Assembly (NCBI GenBank): GCA_040954595.2
Contig: CM082597.2
Location: 786,786 to 850,785 of the forward strand
DNA from: Balanoglossus misakiensis
Taxonomy: Eukaryota > Animalia > Hemichordata
Direction: 5' to 3'
DNA length: 64,000 bases
A model generated the notes under the pieces. The model was not told the origin of the DNA and searched no databases. It saw only the letters and a program-made list of their open reading frames with translations. Made by a program: the position numbers and the translations under genes. Below, in pieces: positions 36,838-50,364 of this stretch. The first letter of the stretch is position 1. Each line of letters starts with the position of its first letter.

Positions 36838-39800
36838 CATGCCTGACTGCCTTTCTGTCACCCTCACTGAGCGTAAGATAAGGATTTCAAACACAAAGAA
36901 GTGACTCACTGACGGAAGCACCTTAAGGCATTGTACAAAAAGTACACATGTCTTTCTGATGTAGAACTATCCTCTACAGAACACGTCAGTGTTTTACAGA
37001 CTTTATCCTTATAAGTTCTTTCTTATAAATATATGAATATTTTCATTACACTTTTCCGTGATAAATCTAAATCGAATTTTCTCCTCCAAAACTCCAGAGG
37101 ATGTGTCTAAACAAGCAGAGACAATCAAAGAGGGCCGAAGGAGATATAAACTTGGTGGGATTTCCTTCGCGTTATTAAGGTGGCAAAATTATACGGGGTA
37201 TTAAATGCAGTGAATTTTCTTCTATTTATGGGAAATGTCTCGCGGGAAACCTGCTCGAATTTATTCTGCTTATGTTTATATCTCCTGGGTAGTGACTACA
37301 ATGATTCCTGTCGTGAGGAGTGAAGTTGGTGGATTTCCAGTCGTTTTATCTGCGTGGATTATTCTGAAGAAATCGGAACGAAGACCTTCCAAGTCAGGAT
37401 TCATGAATAAGAGAACAATCTCATCTCAGGAAAAGCCATAGGTAAATATTTTACCGCCAGCTATGCGTTTTAATAATGATCCTTGTCCACTTTGCTTTCA
37501 TTTCCGTTTTACTTGGTCTATTTTAGAATTATAATTGCGTCGATCTCACGACGCCAATATTTAAAAATATTTTCATAAATATTTGGATATATAGTTGTAC
37601 TCCCACAAAAACTTACCCAAGGAGAAAAGAATATGTGGATTTTTCTTTCTTTTCGTATTTGGTGTAGGCAAGACTCATCATAAATGAAACGACTGGGGAA
37701 TCTCTCCAAATGACTTTATTTCAAAGTTAAAGCCTTATCAATTAACGGCTGGATTCAAACAAGCTTATATCTAAGACTCCACTTTCCCACATTTTCTTAT
37801 CAGTTTTAGTTTTTACGACAATTATCTATGACTTCATAGTTCATAAAATTACTTCAACGACATCGCGCATCGCTGGTGATGTTTGACTTATGACCACTCT
37901 GTTATGAGACATGAGTATTTATTGCACTTAAGGGGAATGTTGTAATTTTGCCGTAATTGGCGATTTCATTCATTTATCTGTCCGCGTCGGCAGTCATCAT
38001 CAGGACCCACAATCCTTAGGGCATTTTTCGCCGGTTAAAGAAATGACGCATCTGGAAACATGCACGAGCGATTTGTCATAAGTTGTAGTTTAACAGTTTA
38101 CATATGAGCTGATGATTTCCCATTTTTGTCGTTCCAATAATTTCACTTTATCAATCGAGTGGGCTAACTTGCCCTTGGCATGTGTCTTGCGACATGTTCA
38201 AAAATACAGCAAAACACATCCATTTGGGGATAAAAGATGGCCAATTCAACCGGCCCATAATTTATAGCCAATTTTTAAATTCTAACTTCGTTATTACATT
38301 TTCGCTGATATATTACAATACATGTTATCGTGATAGTAGAAGGATATTAATTTTTTGGACGGAACCTGTATGACTAAATAGCAATTTCCTGTGGTTGACC
38401 TTCCGTGTGTACGTTACAAGAAGATCAGATGCGACAAACTAATCCATTAGCTATAAACTGAATTAGTTACATCAACCCATGGGGTCCTAAATTACATGTG
38501 CTCAACCCCAACGCCCAACAGGTCTATATTGATTGCAGCAATTTCATTTGTGGTACCTCAGGATTCTGCAGTGGGGGTGTGGTTTTGGGCTGTCACGATT
38601 TGTGATGATATTTTTTCCGGAGTGGTCTATCTCTCTCTCCATGCGTTTTATTACCATGTGCACCAAACCTTCCTAGTATAGGGAACGGAAGCTGAAAATA
38701 TTACATAAACATTTCATTGAAATTATTTTCATCTACAATTTAATGCACTGTGGTCAGTGTTCACCAAGATTCTCGTGACCAGATGAAGACCGGATTGCCG
38801 GTCACGTGACTATAAATTGACGGGGATGGGCAAGACAGATAATTGCTTATCGGAACCATATCTCTTCCACAAATCACATGTGACCTCGTCTGCTTTCACA
38901 AAGCCCATTACTGTGTTAGTGACAATATTTACCGGGCAATGCAATTGACATTTGCCCGCTAGTGACATATACGTTGCCCCAGGTTCTGTACTGCACGTAT
39001 ATACAAACAAATTAGCTGACAAATCCGGGCATTAACTCCATGTCCTGCTCAGACTTGTCAACGCAGATAGATTATACAAGTCACACGTCCAATTTCAGAT
39101 GAATAACGCGCGTGAAAAAGACTCCTCGCATATCAGGAATGATTTATTGATTTTCACGACATATTTTAATACGTTCAGTCTAGTGAGACTGAGAGAAATG
39201 CCTTCAATGATAATAGCAAATACATCAGTTGAATTCTCTGCGGGGAGCGCGTTGGTAATAGTATCATCCCACATCGCCCTCTTTCATCATTTCGCCCTAA
39301 GAACTGTTAACAACAACGCCTGCGATGATCAATGTCATAAGTGTATATCAGCTCTTTGATTATTAAAGACCTCACAGTTTGCTATCTGTCACTAGATTCT
39401 AATGACTTCATTAGCAGATGATGTTGTGTTAACCTCGCCTGCATCTCTTGCTGTCGCCTGTGATCATTGTCGATAAATTGAAAGCATTGAAGAGATAGTG
39501 ATGTGATGAGCAAGAGGGAATTGAGTTTATACTCCTGCGTCGTGCCTTCATCTTGGTTTAATTTGAGTGTCATTAGATCTATTTTACGTTTATGACATCG
39601 GTGGAGCTTTAACAAGGGTCTTGAAAGTTTTACTTTCGCGGGATCAGAGTCACCGTGAAGCGATGTGAAGTACTCCATGTATTCTCGAGACGAGGGGAAG
39701 GGCTTGGTTGACAGAGCAAAACAAACCATGTGTCTTGCATACTGGTATTTGGCTTAGTTACTCTCTATCAGCTCACACTGTCATAATTCAAATTCCATAT

Positions 39801-42800
39801 ACATCCATATACTTATCTGTATTTATAGAATAAAATAGGAGTAGGGAATGGTTTAATCAATATTCGATCCGTGGAGGAATAATAAATATTTCGCAAACGC
39901 AGAGTGAATTTACCTGTTGCGCAGCAAGAAATTGGGATATTACCTGCAACATCGGTTTCTATTCTGCCTTTATAAGCTATTATGCCGCTCCGTTTGACTA
40001 AATATCTCATATTTCTCAGATGAAAGAGTTTTTGCGACACTGTGACAACAACACTCGTTGCCAATATCCCTTTTCGAGGTTGGCAAATATGTACATTATA
40101 AATACAGTCACATTAAAAGCAAATGTAACGGAACAGGCCATGGCGAATACTAGCAAACATTAACAGAGTTTTATGTGTGTCGTGTATAGCTGTCAATGTC
40201 AGGCGACAGAGCATCAAGATTTATTGAGGACTGCGCCTGACTTGTTACCGGCGTCGAGGATGAACATGTCCCCAGAATCCACTGCGGATAGATTAGAGTT
40301 TTGTTTGAAGTTTGTCCGAGCTGAGCCCCAGAGCAAGTTCAGAATTTCCATCAGCCTATTGTTTGACAATTTTGACACATTTCTGGTCGGTATGCACACC
40401 TGCACTATTCTGGGGAGGTGATAATTGCGGTCTTGTGTATTGTGCACTGTGCGACCCTCTTTCTGCGGATAAAACAAACGTACCTCAAAAGTACTTTTAT
40501 TTTTCTGATTCGCAGAAAGGTTACCGTGTGATTTTCACACTTCAAACTTAGTGTAAAGCGTCAAACCACTACTGTTTGACAGTTGTCAACGCGAACGTTG
40601 AATAATTTTTCAAAACCGTGACGACGAACCCTTTATAGCGTTATACGTTCGATAATTGTGAGACCGATCAGACACAGTTTTAAGTCACGTGATTTCTATT
40701 GCTATTTTGCATAGACTTGTGGGAAAGCAGTATAATCTATGAGTGATCATAACATTACGAGTCCAATCGACAGTGACAGTGTGTATTACAACGTGTAGCG
40801 TGCCGCTCCACTTGTCTCTGTCAGCCGCTGCCTGTGACATCGACCCCAACAATACGTAGCGTAGGGTTTCAATGAAACTAGAAGCCAGAAATTGATGCAA
40901 CAAATTTATCAAGGTTATCAGCCAGCGGTAAAACAACAAGTTGATCAAGACAAGCTAAATATCAACGCAATATTGACAACCTGCTTTCATTTTCAGAACG
41001 AAGGAAGACAGACGCTTTTAGCAAGGTCCAGGACAAACGTATAAAAGTAACAACTGTATAGGTAAGTGTATAAATGTTTTATTCCTTTTTGGCTTTCGTT
41101 GAATCTGTGCATTTAGATGATCATTTTGGGAGGCATTAATCCCACCCAACATTTATCTGAACGACTGAGTATCAAATAATTGCTATGGCAACCGTTTTTC
41201 CTGATAATCGAATTGGACTCAGAAGTAGTATTTGGGGCGCATGTGTTTAATGTATTTTGTCTGGAACTACAAAGTCACGGAGTCTGAATCATATCAAGAT
41301 GATTTACAAATAGAGAAATTTATGTTCAGAGTCATCTTAAGTTAATATTTTTCGCGTTGTGAACTTTCCCAAAAAGTGACATACAGTTACACGACAGATG
41401 AAGTGATGACGTAACTAGACGAAATACAATCAAGCGACAAAATGTGTTCTGTTGTTAGTATTCTGTAGCTGCATTAACAGGTAGTTATAATGAAATACAG
41501 CCAGTGTCAGTTTCCTTGTTATGCATATTGCATACATGTATTATGCAAGCATGACGATTTGACAGCTGTATCGATAATTGAGTCTACTTAATTAGGCCTA
41601 ACCACGGCGGTCTCTGCTAAACCAAAAAACACAGTGCATCCGTTGAGAAATTTCATGACATTTTTAATTCAGTGCAAAGCGTCGTTCGTAAAACGTTTGG
41701 GAACGAAAATGATTTCTTTCGGATGATTGATCTCGTACGCGTCGATCCTTTTCCGAATGTTAATGGTCACAGTTTATAACTTCTCCAGGATAATCTATGA
41801 GGGTTATAGCAACTGAGGCGCATCACATTGAAAGCTTTGGGTCGTATCCTTCCACGGTATATACGCGGAATAATTATTTTAAAGCGCGCTCCCGAGAGGG
41901 GGAGTTGCAGTACTTTATCTGCAGAACAACCGATGGATGAGACACTGTCTTGCACTCGTTATTATGCTGATACCACAGGGGGAGGCAAAACATTTGTATA
42001 TGCTGGACACTTTGCGTGAAGCACTCCTTGTTAATGATTTATACTGGTTCTATTCGCAAATACACATTCAAAGTCGTGGAAACTGCCAAAACGCGACACT
42101 GACTTAATTTGTTAATCGATTTTGCAAATTATCTGGCAGGTTTTGGAAAGTGTCAGAAATGACCGAATGGGTAGTCATGCGCAAACAAAATGATGCAAGG
42201 TTAGGTAGTAGGCTGATGTCGTTTATCAGAGTTGATTATGGAGGCGATATGTGACAGATACACAGATGACTACGTCAGATAGCGGTTGTAAATAGATAGC
42301 AAGCGTTTTAATGCGTGGGATATCAGGAGATAGATGGCCCGATACAGGTAATAGCGCGCTAGGTAAAAAGATAGAGATGTAGACACGTGTTTCGTCATAT
42401 CTGTATTCTTCGGTAGACTTGTACACAAGTGGGCCGGACTGATACACAATTCCAAACGCGCGAACGTTAAATAGGAAGTCGTGCGCATCCGGCACCGGGA
42501 AATGGATGGTTCATAAGGAATGAGTGGAAAACCCTTGGGAAGAAAAGTCAGAGCGACATGTCAGAAAAGTTGAGAGGGTGAAACCACTGTTTTAGTCATG
42601 TACGAACAGATATGCCCGACAGGGAGCTATAAATCTGTCCCTTGTGTGATGACGGTTTTTGATCCTCACGTCAAGTTTTAAAAATTCAGCTGTAGTGGGA
42701 CGGAATTCCCCGCTCTTCGAATGACATCCAACTCACTTCTTCAAGGCAAGGATTTTTTATAAAGATTACCCCTGTCTATAGACGTAGATTCAGAATATAT

Positions 42801-43716
42801 CATGCGATACAAATAGTGTGAAGAGACGGCTTAATATATGCATGTATAGGTGAAGATGTCACATGGTATGCGTGGCCCAATCATAACGCAGTATGAGATA
42901 CGCAGTATTGCCAAGCCAAAACTACAACAAAGTCAAGCATTTTCAACTGAAAGGTATCTATGATGATGTATGAATGGTCTTCAGCTCGAGAGATTTCAGA
43001 AGAAATCCGTTGTACGAACGACACATGACAGATTAGTGGGAACTGTCGCCGGAAACCAGGTGTTACGCCCGCGTTACTGAATTGCCCACGCTGACGACAC
43101 CGCAGACATGAAAAAGGTTTTAGTCGGAAATGCAACTTCCGATCCTTAATGTCGAGATTTAACCAAGTGCAAACGACTGTCGCGGAAAGCACTACTGTTT
43201 AATATTTACTTCAATTTAGTTAATCTGGAGACGCGTGGGCGTTTCACCCCCGGGACAAACACTAAAACTTCTGCCCACATTACCCGTAGTTCAAATGGAG
43301 TCTCCCAATTGTTATTCAAAAATGGACACAAAAGTATTCATCAATTTTGAAACCGCGATGATTAACCCTACAATATTTAAGTCCGGGCCGGAGATGACTA
43401 AATTCTTAGAATTTTCAACATCGAGTGTCTAGCAGTATTCAACTTTCACTCACATTTTCTGATCATCTTTTGTGGAATTGTGTCGTGCAGGACGTTTGGC
43501 GCAGGTAAGGAATCGCTTTGTGCATTCTGCTAGCATATGCATTGATTAAATGAATTTGGTGGTTTCAGTTGCGTTGTGAGAAAATGAAGGGGAAAAACAA
43601 ATAATTTAAAGGAGCTTTCAGGCTAAGGTTCTAGCAAACGATCCGTCGATCAGAACAAAGACAACTTGGCAAACTTGAAAGTTGCAACAAAGTAAACAGC
43701 ACCGCTTGTCGAATCA

Positions 43717-43907
43717 TACGTCATACATGCGCGCAAATATCTCCATGGCGACGCCAAATGTGGGTGTAATCTACGTCACACTCATTTTTACTAAAAGTCA
43801 TATAAATGCGGGGAAGTATGAACGTTTATATCTTGTGAGAATTGCTTCTCTTGTAGTGCTTCTGTTCGGAGTCTCAGCGTACAGCGGAAACGTCGGCTTA
43901 ATTACAG
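43717..43907 (+). promoter_or_regulatory. Candidate promoter and non-coding first exon of the neuropeptide gene
   Basis: Two TACGTCA (CRE-like) sites at 43717 and 43772, TATAAA at 43801, and CAG|gtaact donor at 43907/43908. The coding exon has an acceptor only 2 nt before its ATG, which suggests an upstream exon. Confidence 0.4.
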
Positions 43908-45113
43908 GTAACTGTCCCCTCGTCTTTTACTCAGTGCCTGGACAGGGCATTTGTTGTCCAGATTTCAGTGCATCAACGGTGTTTTCAACTTTTATACTGA
44001 GTAATCGAACTCTCAGTACCGCTTTCCACCTTATCTATGGTGAACTTGACAATATGAACTCTTTCCAATACTAATTTCGCGACGAAGCACTGTAAGTGTA
44101 ATTGATTGATGGGGAACTACAGAGACATGACTATTCTTCAGCCTAATTGTTCACAAGGTCTTGTTAAATTGTTCATAGATTGATCGCGTCCTTATTCGAA
44201 TTTCTCGTCTTTTGTGTCGAGCGAGAGAGGAGCCTGCAACCCGAGTCAAATTGATTAACAGGTATTGGAGACATAACTATACCGGCTTCCAGGTATTTAG
44301 AATGGTGGTTTTTGCTTTATTGCGCTTTCTTGCAAATATTGATGGCGGCGATCATCTGTGTCTAGCTAGTTTAGCTCACTGGTTTATCGTGTGATATTGG
44401 GCACAATAATAAACTTCAACTGTTCTAATGTTGTTAAAAAATCAAAACTAACAAAAACAGTAGTTTTGTTTTCGGTATTTGCCCAAGAATTTACGTGAGG
44501 AAGATTAGTGTTGCTGATGCAAAGAAGATACCACTCAAATGACAAAGCTTGTAATATATTTTTCATAAAGAGGATACCATCTACACTTTATCTCATAACA
44601 TTTACAAATATGACTGGTATCTTCAAATTGTACAAGAACCTCAGTAAAGTGGGTTCAACTTGTGTTGCGTCAGACTTTTCGTTGTTGCCAAGCAACGACA
44701 ATAAATCGCACATCTTGTAGTGCGCCTACGCACCACACTTTCAGAAACTGACATCAATGATAAACGCTTTCGATGCCACAAAATTTTTATCTCGAAAACC
44801 GTGATCATAGACACTGGTTTTCAAATTTGGTAACAAACATCAGTCATATTTTGACACCAGATAATGGTATCACTATCTTGTTTAAAAAGTAAAGGTCACT
44901 ATTATCGTCCACTTATACACCCATTAAAAGTACGGTTGAAAATATAACCGTTGGCAAAAAGATAAAACATATTTTTTGCACATACCTGCATCTGCGCATG
45001 CTCGACTGCCACCGCGCGCCACGTGTATGTTCAACTAAACAAGCTTTGCTCGACAGACACAAAAATACGATTATAAATTCATCTTGTGCTGATTTTTGTG
45101 TTTCTTTGCAGAC

Positions 45114-45478
45114 ATGTCGGCTAAGGTGATAATCTCTATGCTGTTTGTGATGACAACCTTGCTTGCATTTTGCGATGCCGTCAATTTCTGCAGAATGGGG
45201 ATAGGACCAAAGTGTAGGAAACACAACAAGGGTAAAAGGTACCCCCTCTACGACGAAGACGGTGATTCAGACATGCGAGACTTGAACGAGATCCAGAGGC
45301 GAGGAAACGATGGCGGGTATGATTTCTACCCGATTCTGCAGCCAGACGACAACTGGAACAGACAAATGAACGACAAGCATTACAGTCACGTGGCTAAGAA
45401 AAATAGCAATATGGATTTTTACCCAAGTGAAGAAGTTTTGCAGATGCTACTCAGAAAATACTATGGGAGCCAAGACAA
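45114..45478 (+). CDS. Neuropeptide/prohormone precursor, main coding exon (elevenin-like cyclic amidated peptide)
   Basis: tttctttgcag acceptor just before ATG 45114; signal peptide MSAKVIISMLFVMTTLLAFCDA, then VNFCRMGIGPKCRKHNK-G-KR; further RR, KK and RK sites and an acidic spacer. If unspliced it stops at 45482. Confidence 0.8.
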
Positions 45479-45701
45479 GTAAGTAATATACATACGCAAA
45501 ATAGACATCATTGAATAGCCTACAAGTACATAAGTAAATCCCTTTTGAGACTCCGGAAGTACTAGTAATTCGCTTAGGCAACAGACGAGACAGACACTGG
45601 CAGACAGACAGAGAGACAAGCAGGCAGGCAGACTTGATTGACACAAATTATGAGCATAATAATATTATCTTTAACAAATCTTTTTTTATCTTTGACATTA
45701 G

Positions 45702-45735
45702 GAATCTTTGGCAGAAACGCAATAGCTTATATTGA
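45702..45735 (+). CDS. Probable last coding exon of the neuropeptide precursor
   Basis: AA|gtaagt donor at 45478/45479, pyrimidine-rich ...cattag acceptor, in-frame (K)NLWQKRNSLY-stop, AATAAA at 45757. Confidence 0.6.
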
Positions 45736-46683
45736 ATGTCAAGTTAGTGTTGAAGAAATAAAAGTAAGTCTCCATAAATACAATGAGTTTTCAATGTAGC
45801 ATTATCTTTCTGGGAACTCCCCCCCCCAAAAAAAAAAAAAAAAAATCTTGTAATCAGCCATACATATTGTTTCACTGATACAAAATTCACGAGCACTCCA
45901 CTCACAAAAAGCATCGATTTAAAATCTTTCAGGCAATCGTGACAGAAGATACACTCAGATGTCTCATCGCAAGAGTTAACACAATCACGTGACTGGCAAA
46001 GTAAAGGGACTATGGGATGGCCCGTGTATATACGCGCTATATATTTTTTTTTCGTTATAAACGATAGAAATTAGAAATTGTTAAAATTATATGTTTGGCA
46101 ATATCTGTTCTCAAAATACTTTAAAGCTACGTCTATGTCCAAGGTATGTTATATGCGAAATTATTTAAGGAGATCGCGGTTGATAATGCTGTCAAACAGG
46201 CATATTTTCTAATCGTTCGTATAAAGAACAAAATGTCAAACACCTTGACCACCTAAAGATTTGAAACCTCAGTATCTGTTACTTTTAACTTTTTATTGTA
46301 TTTTTTTTCAATTCCACATAATTATAACATGTAACCTTTTAAATGTTACTCGTCGACCGTTTTGCTCGACTACCTCCCTTTAATCACGTTAGCGATGTAA
46401 TCGCAATTAATTTAACGTACCCCGTATTGCATTATATTCTAAACCTAAACAATGTAACGATTTTCTATCTCTCTTTCAATATTGTCAGTTTTCATGAATG
46501 TTTACTTTTTACCATTCTAGTCTTGTGTGTTTGTAAATAAGATAATGAATAGAACGATTAGAAATTAAAATCGTGCTTGCAGGAAGACTACAGCGAGTGG
46601 AGATCACAAGTTTCAAATTGGAATCACCGTTTTTGGAATGCAGTCAGTGATACAAAACTCAGTTCTACAAAACCCGTAGGTAA

Positions 46684-47419
46684 GGGAGCATTCGTTTTTT
46701 ACAGGGAGGGGGGGGCCGGTGGAAATCAGGGGGGGGTTTACTTTTACAAAGCAGTTTTTAGGGGGGGACAAATTTTATAATCAAGGGATTATTATATAGG
46801 GACTGAAAGGGGGGGGACTTGAAAACTTTGACGGCTAAATATTTATTTTGAGTCCACAAAAATGCAGTTTCGCGTCCTTTATTTTACAAAATTTTCTAAT
46901 GTGGGAGGGGGACACCCCCTCCCACACCCACCCCCTCCATTCATCAACACCTTTCAATCATTGACTGGTTTATCTAGTGTCCCAGGTCAGGGGACTTGCC
47001 CCCACCCCATGATAACTTTGAGCGGCGACGTTAATTTGCTTTCGCTGGGTTCATTAAAATGCAGCTTTGAGCTCTGTATTTTATAAAATTTTCTTACGTG
47101 GGAGGGGGACACCCCCTCCCAAACCCACCCCCTTCAATTCTCGGTTTACAATGTCTCCCAACACAGAATACAAATACTTAAAAAATAAAAACAATGTTCA
47201 GTTTTACTACCCACTGATGAGGGGAAACATCGGTTTCAAATTCTTTTCATGGGAGCGCTGTGTCCATGATAAGTTTAATCAGGTGGATAAACTTTTTTTT
47301 TTTTGGGGGGGGGGGGTCACATTTTAGAAAAGTAATTTCCAGGGGGGGTTGCCTTTTACATTTAGTCGGCGACTCAAATTCCACCAGCCCCCCCCTCCCT
47401 GTAAAAAACGAATGCTCCC
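46684..47419. mobile_element. Non-autonomous PIF/Harbinger (Tourist-like) MITE, 736 bp
   Basis: Near-perfect TIRs of about 40 bp (GGGAGCATTCGTTTTTTACAGGGAGGGGGGGG...), TAA on both sides (46681-83 and 47420-22), and no coding capacity. Confidence 0.85.
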
Positions 47420-48446
47420 TAAACGAAGAAACTTGCACATATTGAAAATGAAGTTCGAAGTGGAACAAAATTTGCCCACAATGTTGTTTTTGATAGCGGT
47501 AGTCTTAGTCTTCCTAACAGCCAGAATGAAGTCTCCGAGCCTTGACAGGCAACCAAAACTGCTTCAGCGGTTATGACGTCATAGAGTGTTTTTTGAAAAA
47601 TAAATGTCAATTTTTGATTTAATAATGTAAGGTGTCAATAACCTTCTTTAATGTATGCATTGTGATGATGAGGTCATTTTAGTGTGACCTTTACTGGCTA
47701 GTAAGATTTCTTTTGTTTTGGGTGACCAGGTGTTGATGAATATTCATTTGATTGACATGTATAAATACACATGCTACCATGTGGTCAGGGGGCTATTTTT
47801 TCGCTGGACACTGTGCCGATAGCTTCAGTGCTGGGGACTCCATGCTGCTGTTTGGGACCTTTCGCAGGCCGTTTTGTTTGACTTCGAGTTGTAAGTACAC
47901 ACCACTCGGACTGAAACCAGACTTTCCTGTACGTCGGAAGTCTTTGACTTTACTGCATATTTGCTGCTCGTGTGCTTCATGACTGGAGTTATAGCTGAGT
48001 ATATGGAGTGCTGTGTGTGTTGCTCAGTTTGGTTCGCATTCATTGTTTTATGACCTGTCAATCCCTTTTTTGCCTGCAACTTAATTTTGTTAGTATAGCG
48101 AATAGCCATTAAATACTTTTTATGAAAGGAAAACCACTGACTTCGCCCTTTCTGTCATAACAGCATGTTTAGATACATTTAATCAAATCTATTACAGTCA
48201 CATTACTGCTGATTTGGGTAATTATAAGCTTTTAAGGAAATTTTCGCATGATGAAAAGATCCTTGTAACAAATAATATTTTTCAGGGCCTTCTGTCGTTA
48301 CAAGTATCATCAGACCCTGTTTCTGTAGGCATGTCTTGAAATGAAATTGGACAATTCATTGTACGAAACAAGTCTTCATTCTGTGAATGTCGAAATCCAA
48401 GTCTTATAAGGATATCGGTGGAACACTTACATTATTTGAAAACAAA

Positions 48447-49742
48447 TCAAAATATTTTGAAATTTTTGATATCTCTCAATTGTTCCTCTCGCTCTACGAG
48501 CTTATATCCAAGCTTTTTCATGACGTCACCGCAGACAGCCTGAATTGCAATGACATCATCAAAATTGATCCGCTTCCTCCAAAGGTGCACGATTTCGGTT
48601 GAATTTCGACGAGTCTCCATATTGTTGTATATCACGCCCTCTGCAGACCTGGTGTACTTCTCAATTGTTGTTCGAACATTTTCGTCCATATTTATTCCAA
48701 CAAATTTGTAGATATTCTCAACAACACGGGTTGTTTCCATGGCGACGTCTTCGTGTCTCAGAAGCAGTACTTTTCCTTTCAGCCAATCGGGAGGCTCAGA
48801 AATAATTTCTAAATTTTCCTGAAATCTCTGGCAATCGTAGTTTATGTTCTCCGGAAACAGTTTATCAAGCTTCACGCCGGGCGCCCCAACGAGTCCTAAG
48901 TTGACTAAACTCTCGTTCTGTCTTCTCGGTGGGAATTTCATCGTCCTTCGAGACAGCGCTACCGCACGGGGATCTCGGACTAGAAATATGATCTTGAGAT
49001 TTTGATATTTCTGAGACACTAGTCGTTCCAGCAAACTCAAGTTGTTCAATCGTATTACTTTTATGGCCATGTGTTGATACAATTCACACAATGCTGTAAA
49101 ATCCTCGGCATCTCTTCCTGTACAATCGTTGGCGCTTCCGCAGAAGAGTCGAATCACCCGACTGTTGAAAACACCCACCTTCCAATTTTGAAAATTACTG
49201 TAAACGAAGTAAGTCGGAAAGACGCATTCGTAAAGATTTTGCAGTATTTCAACAGCGCCCGCATCGATTAAATTTTTCGGTATGGCGCCATACTTTGCCA
49301 ACAAATGAACTGCACGAATCGGTTCGAATATGTACATGATGTCCGGGTGTGCGTTTAGAAACTGTCCGAGGAATGTGGATCCGTACCTTGCCTTGGCAAC
49401 TAACAAAATTTTGACGCCGGGTTGTGTGGTGACGTTCACATCAGCCGTTGTGTATCCGTCAATATGACCTTGTGTGTAGTCAGTAACATCATTTATGGGA
49501 CTCAATCCTCCATTAGTGGCAAGAGAGGTTTCGCCATTGTTCACACTATGTATGTTGTGTTGAACATCTGCGTCGTCGACAACAACCAACTTACCAGTGA
49601 TCGTCTGGTCCGCCATTTTTGAAGATCTTCTCGTCTCGTCGAACTCGCATCTTATCCAGGAAATCGTGAACAACTTGAAGGAGATGACGCAATAAACACC
49701 AAGGATGCAAACGGCAATTGTTGAGTATCGTGGCCTCCGCAT
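48447..49742 (-). CDS. Golgi carbohydrate (Gal/GlcNAc) 6-O-sulfotransferase, CHST1-like, intronless, 431 aa
   Basis: Type II TM anchor; 5'-PSB region AKARYGSTFLGQFLNAHPDIMYIFEP; IKVIRL; 3'-PB LVRDPRAV; LRHED; C-terminal WR..I...Q..CGDVMKKLGY. Confidence 0.93.
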   Translation of the reverse strand: MRRPRYSTIAVCILGVYCVISFKLFTISWIRCEFDETRRSSKMADQTITGKLVVVDDADVQHNIHSVNNGETSLATNGGLSPINDVTDYTQGHIDGYTTADVNVTTQPGVKILLVAKARYGSTFLGQFLNAHPDIMYIFEPIRAVHLLAKYGAIPKNLIDAGAVEILQNLYECVFPTYFVYSNFQNWKVGVFNSRVIRLFCGSANDCTGRDAEDFTALCELYQHMAIKVIRLNNLSLLERLVSQKYQNLKIIFLVRDPRAVALSRRTMKFPPRRQNESLVNLGLVGAPGVKLDKLFPENINYDCQRFQENLEIISEPPDWLKGKVLLLRHEDVAMETTRVVENIYKFVGINMDENVRTTIEKYTRSAEGVIYNNMETRRNSTEIVHLWRKRINFDDVIAIQAVCGDVMKKLGYKLVEREEQLRDIKNFKIF

Positions 49743-50364
49743 GGTTTTAGATTTCCATTGAAAACTCTAAATTTGACATCAAATCGATCAGTTCACCACC
49801 GTCTGTTACCAGGAGTACAATCAATCACTGTTGTACAGTAGTGATGACACGTGATTCTCCGAAAACATATTTCGTTACGGTGAATTATTTCCATGATATT
49901 AAATAATTGATCCAGAAATTAAAATACTGTGTCGTGATAGAAATTCATTACAAACACGAATTTGATATGATGGTCACATATTGGGAAAGAGGGATTGTTT
50001 GCGTGTTATTAACAACGGTAACAGCTGGTCGTCCGGCGGCGATCTACGCATGCTCTGTAGAGCGGAATTCCAGCGAGTTAGTTTGGAAAGCGATTGATGA
50101 GAACATACTAGTAAAGTAACACTTTATCACATTTATTTTATCAATAATCAAACAATAAATGATAAAATATTAAATTGCATGTTTCTTCATAGCTTCATGT
50201 ATGTATGTGCGCTGTTTTCGACGGAAATTTGTTACATTTCTTTTCATTTTTGTGTGTAATTATAGTATTATCTGAAACACATGTTTCAAAAATTATTCAA
50301 AATGGCGGTCAGATCAGAGAGGAGGCAAACGCTACGTGGTTTTTGAAGTAACATAATCCCCCAA

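Noticed and set aside
39382-39729. 115-aa minus-strand ORF
   Set aside because: No recognisable motif or supporting neighbouring exons.
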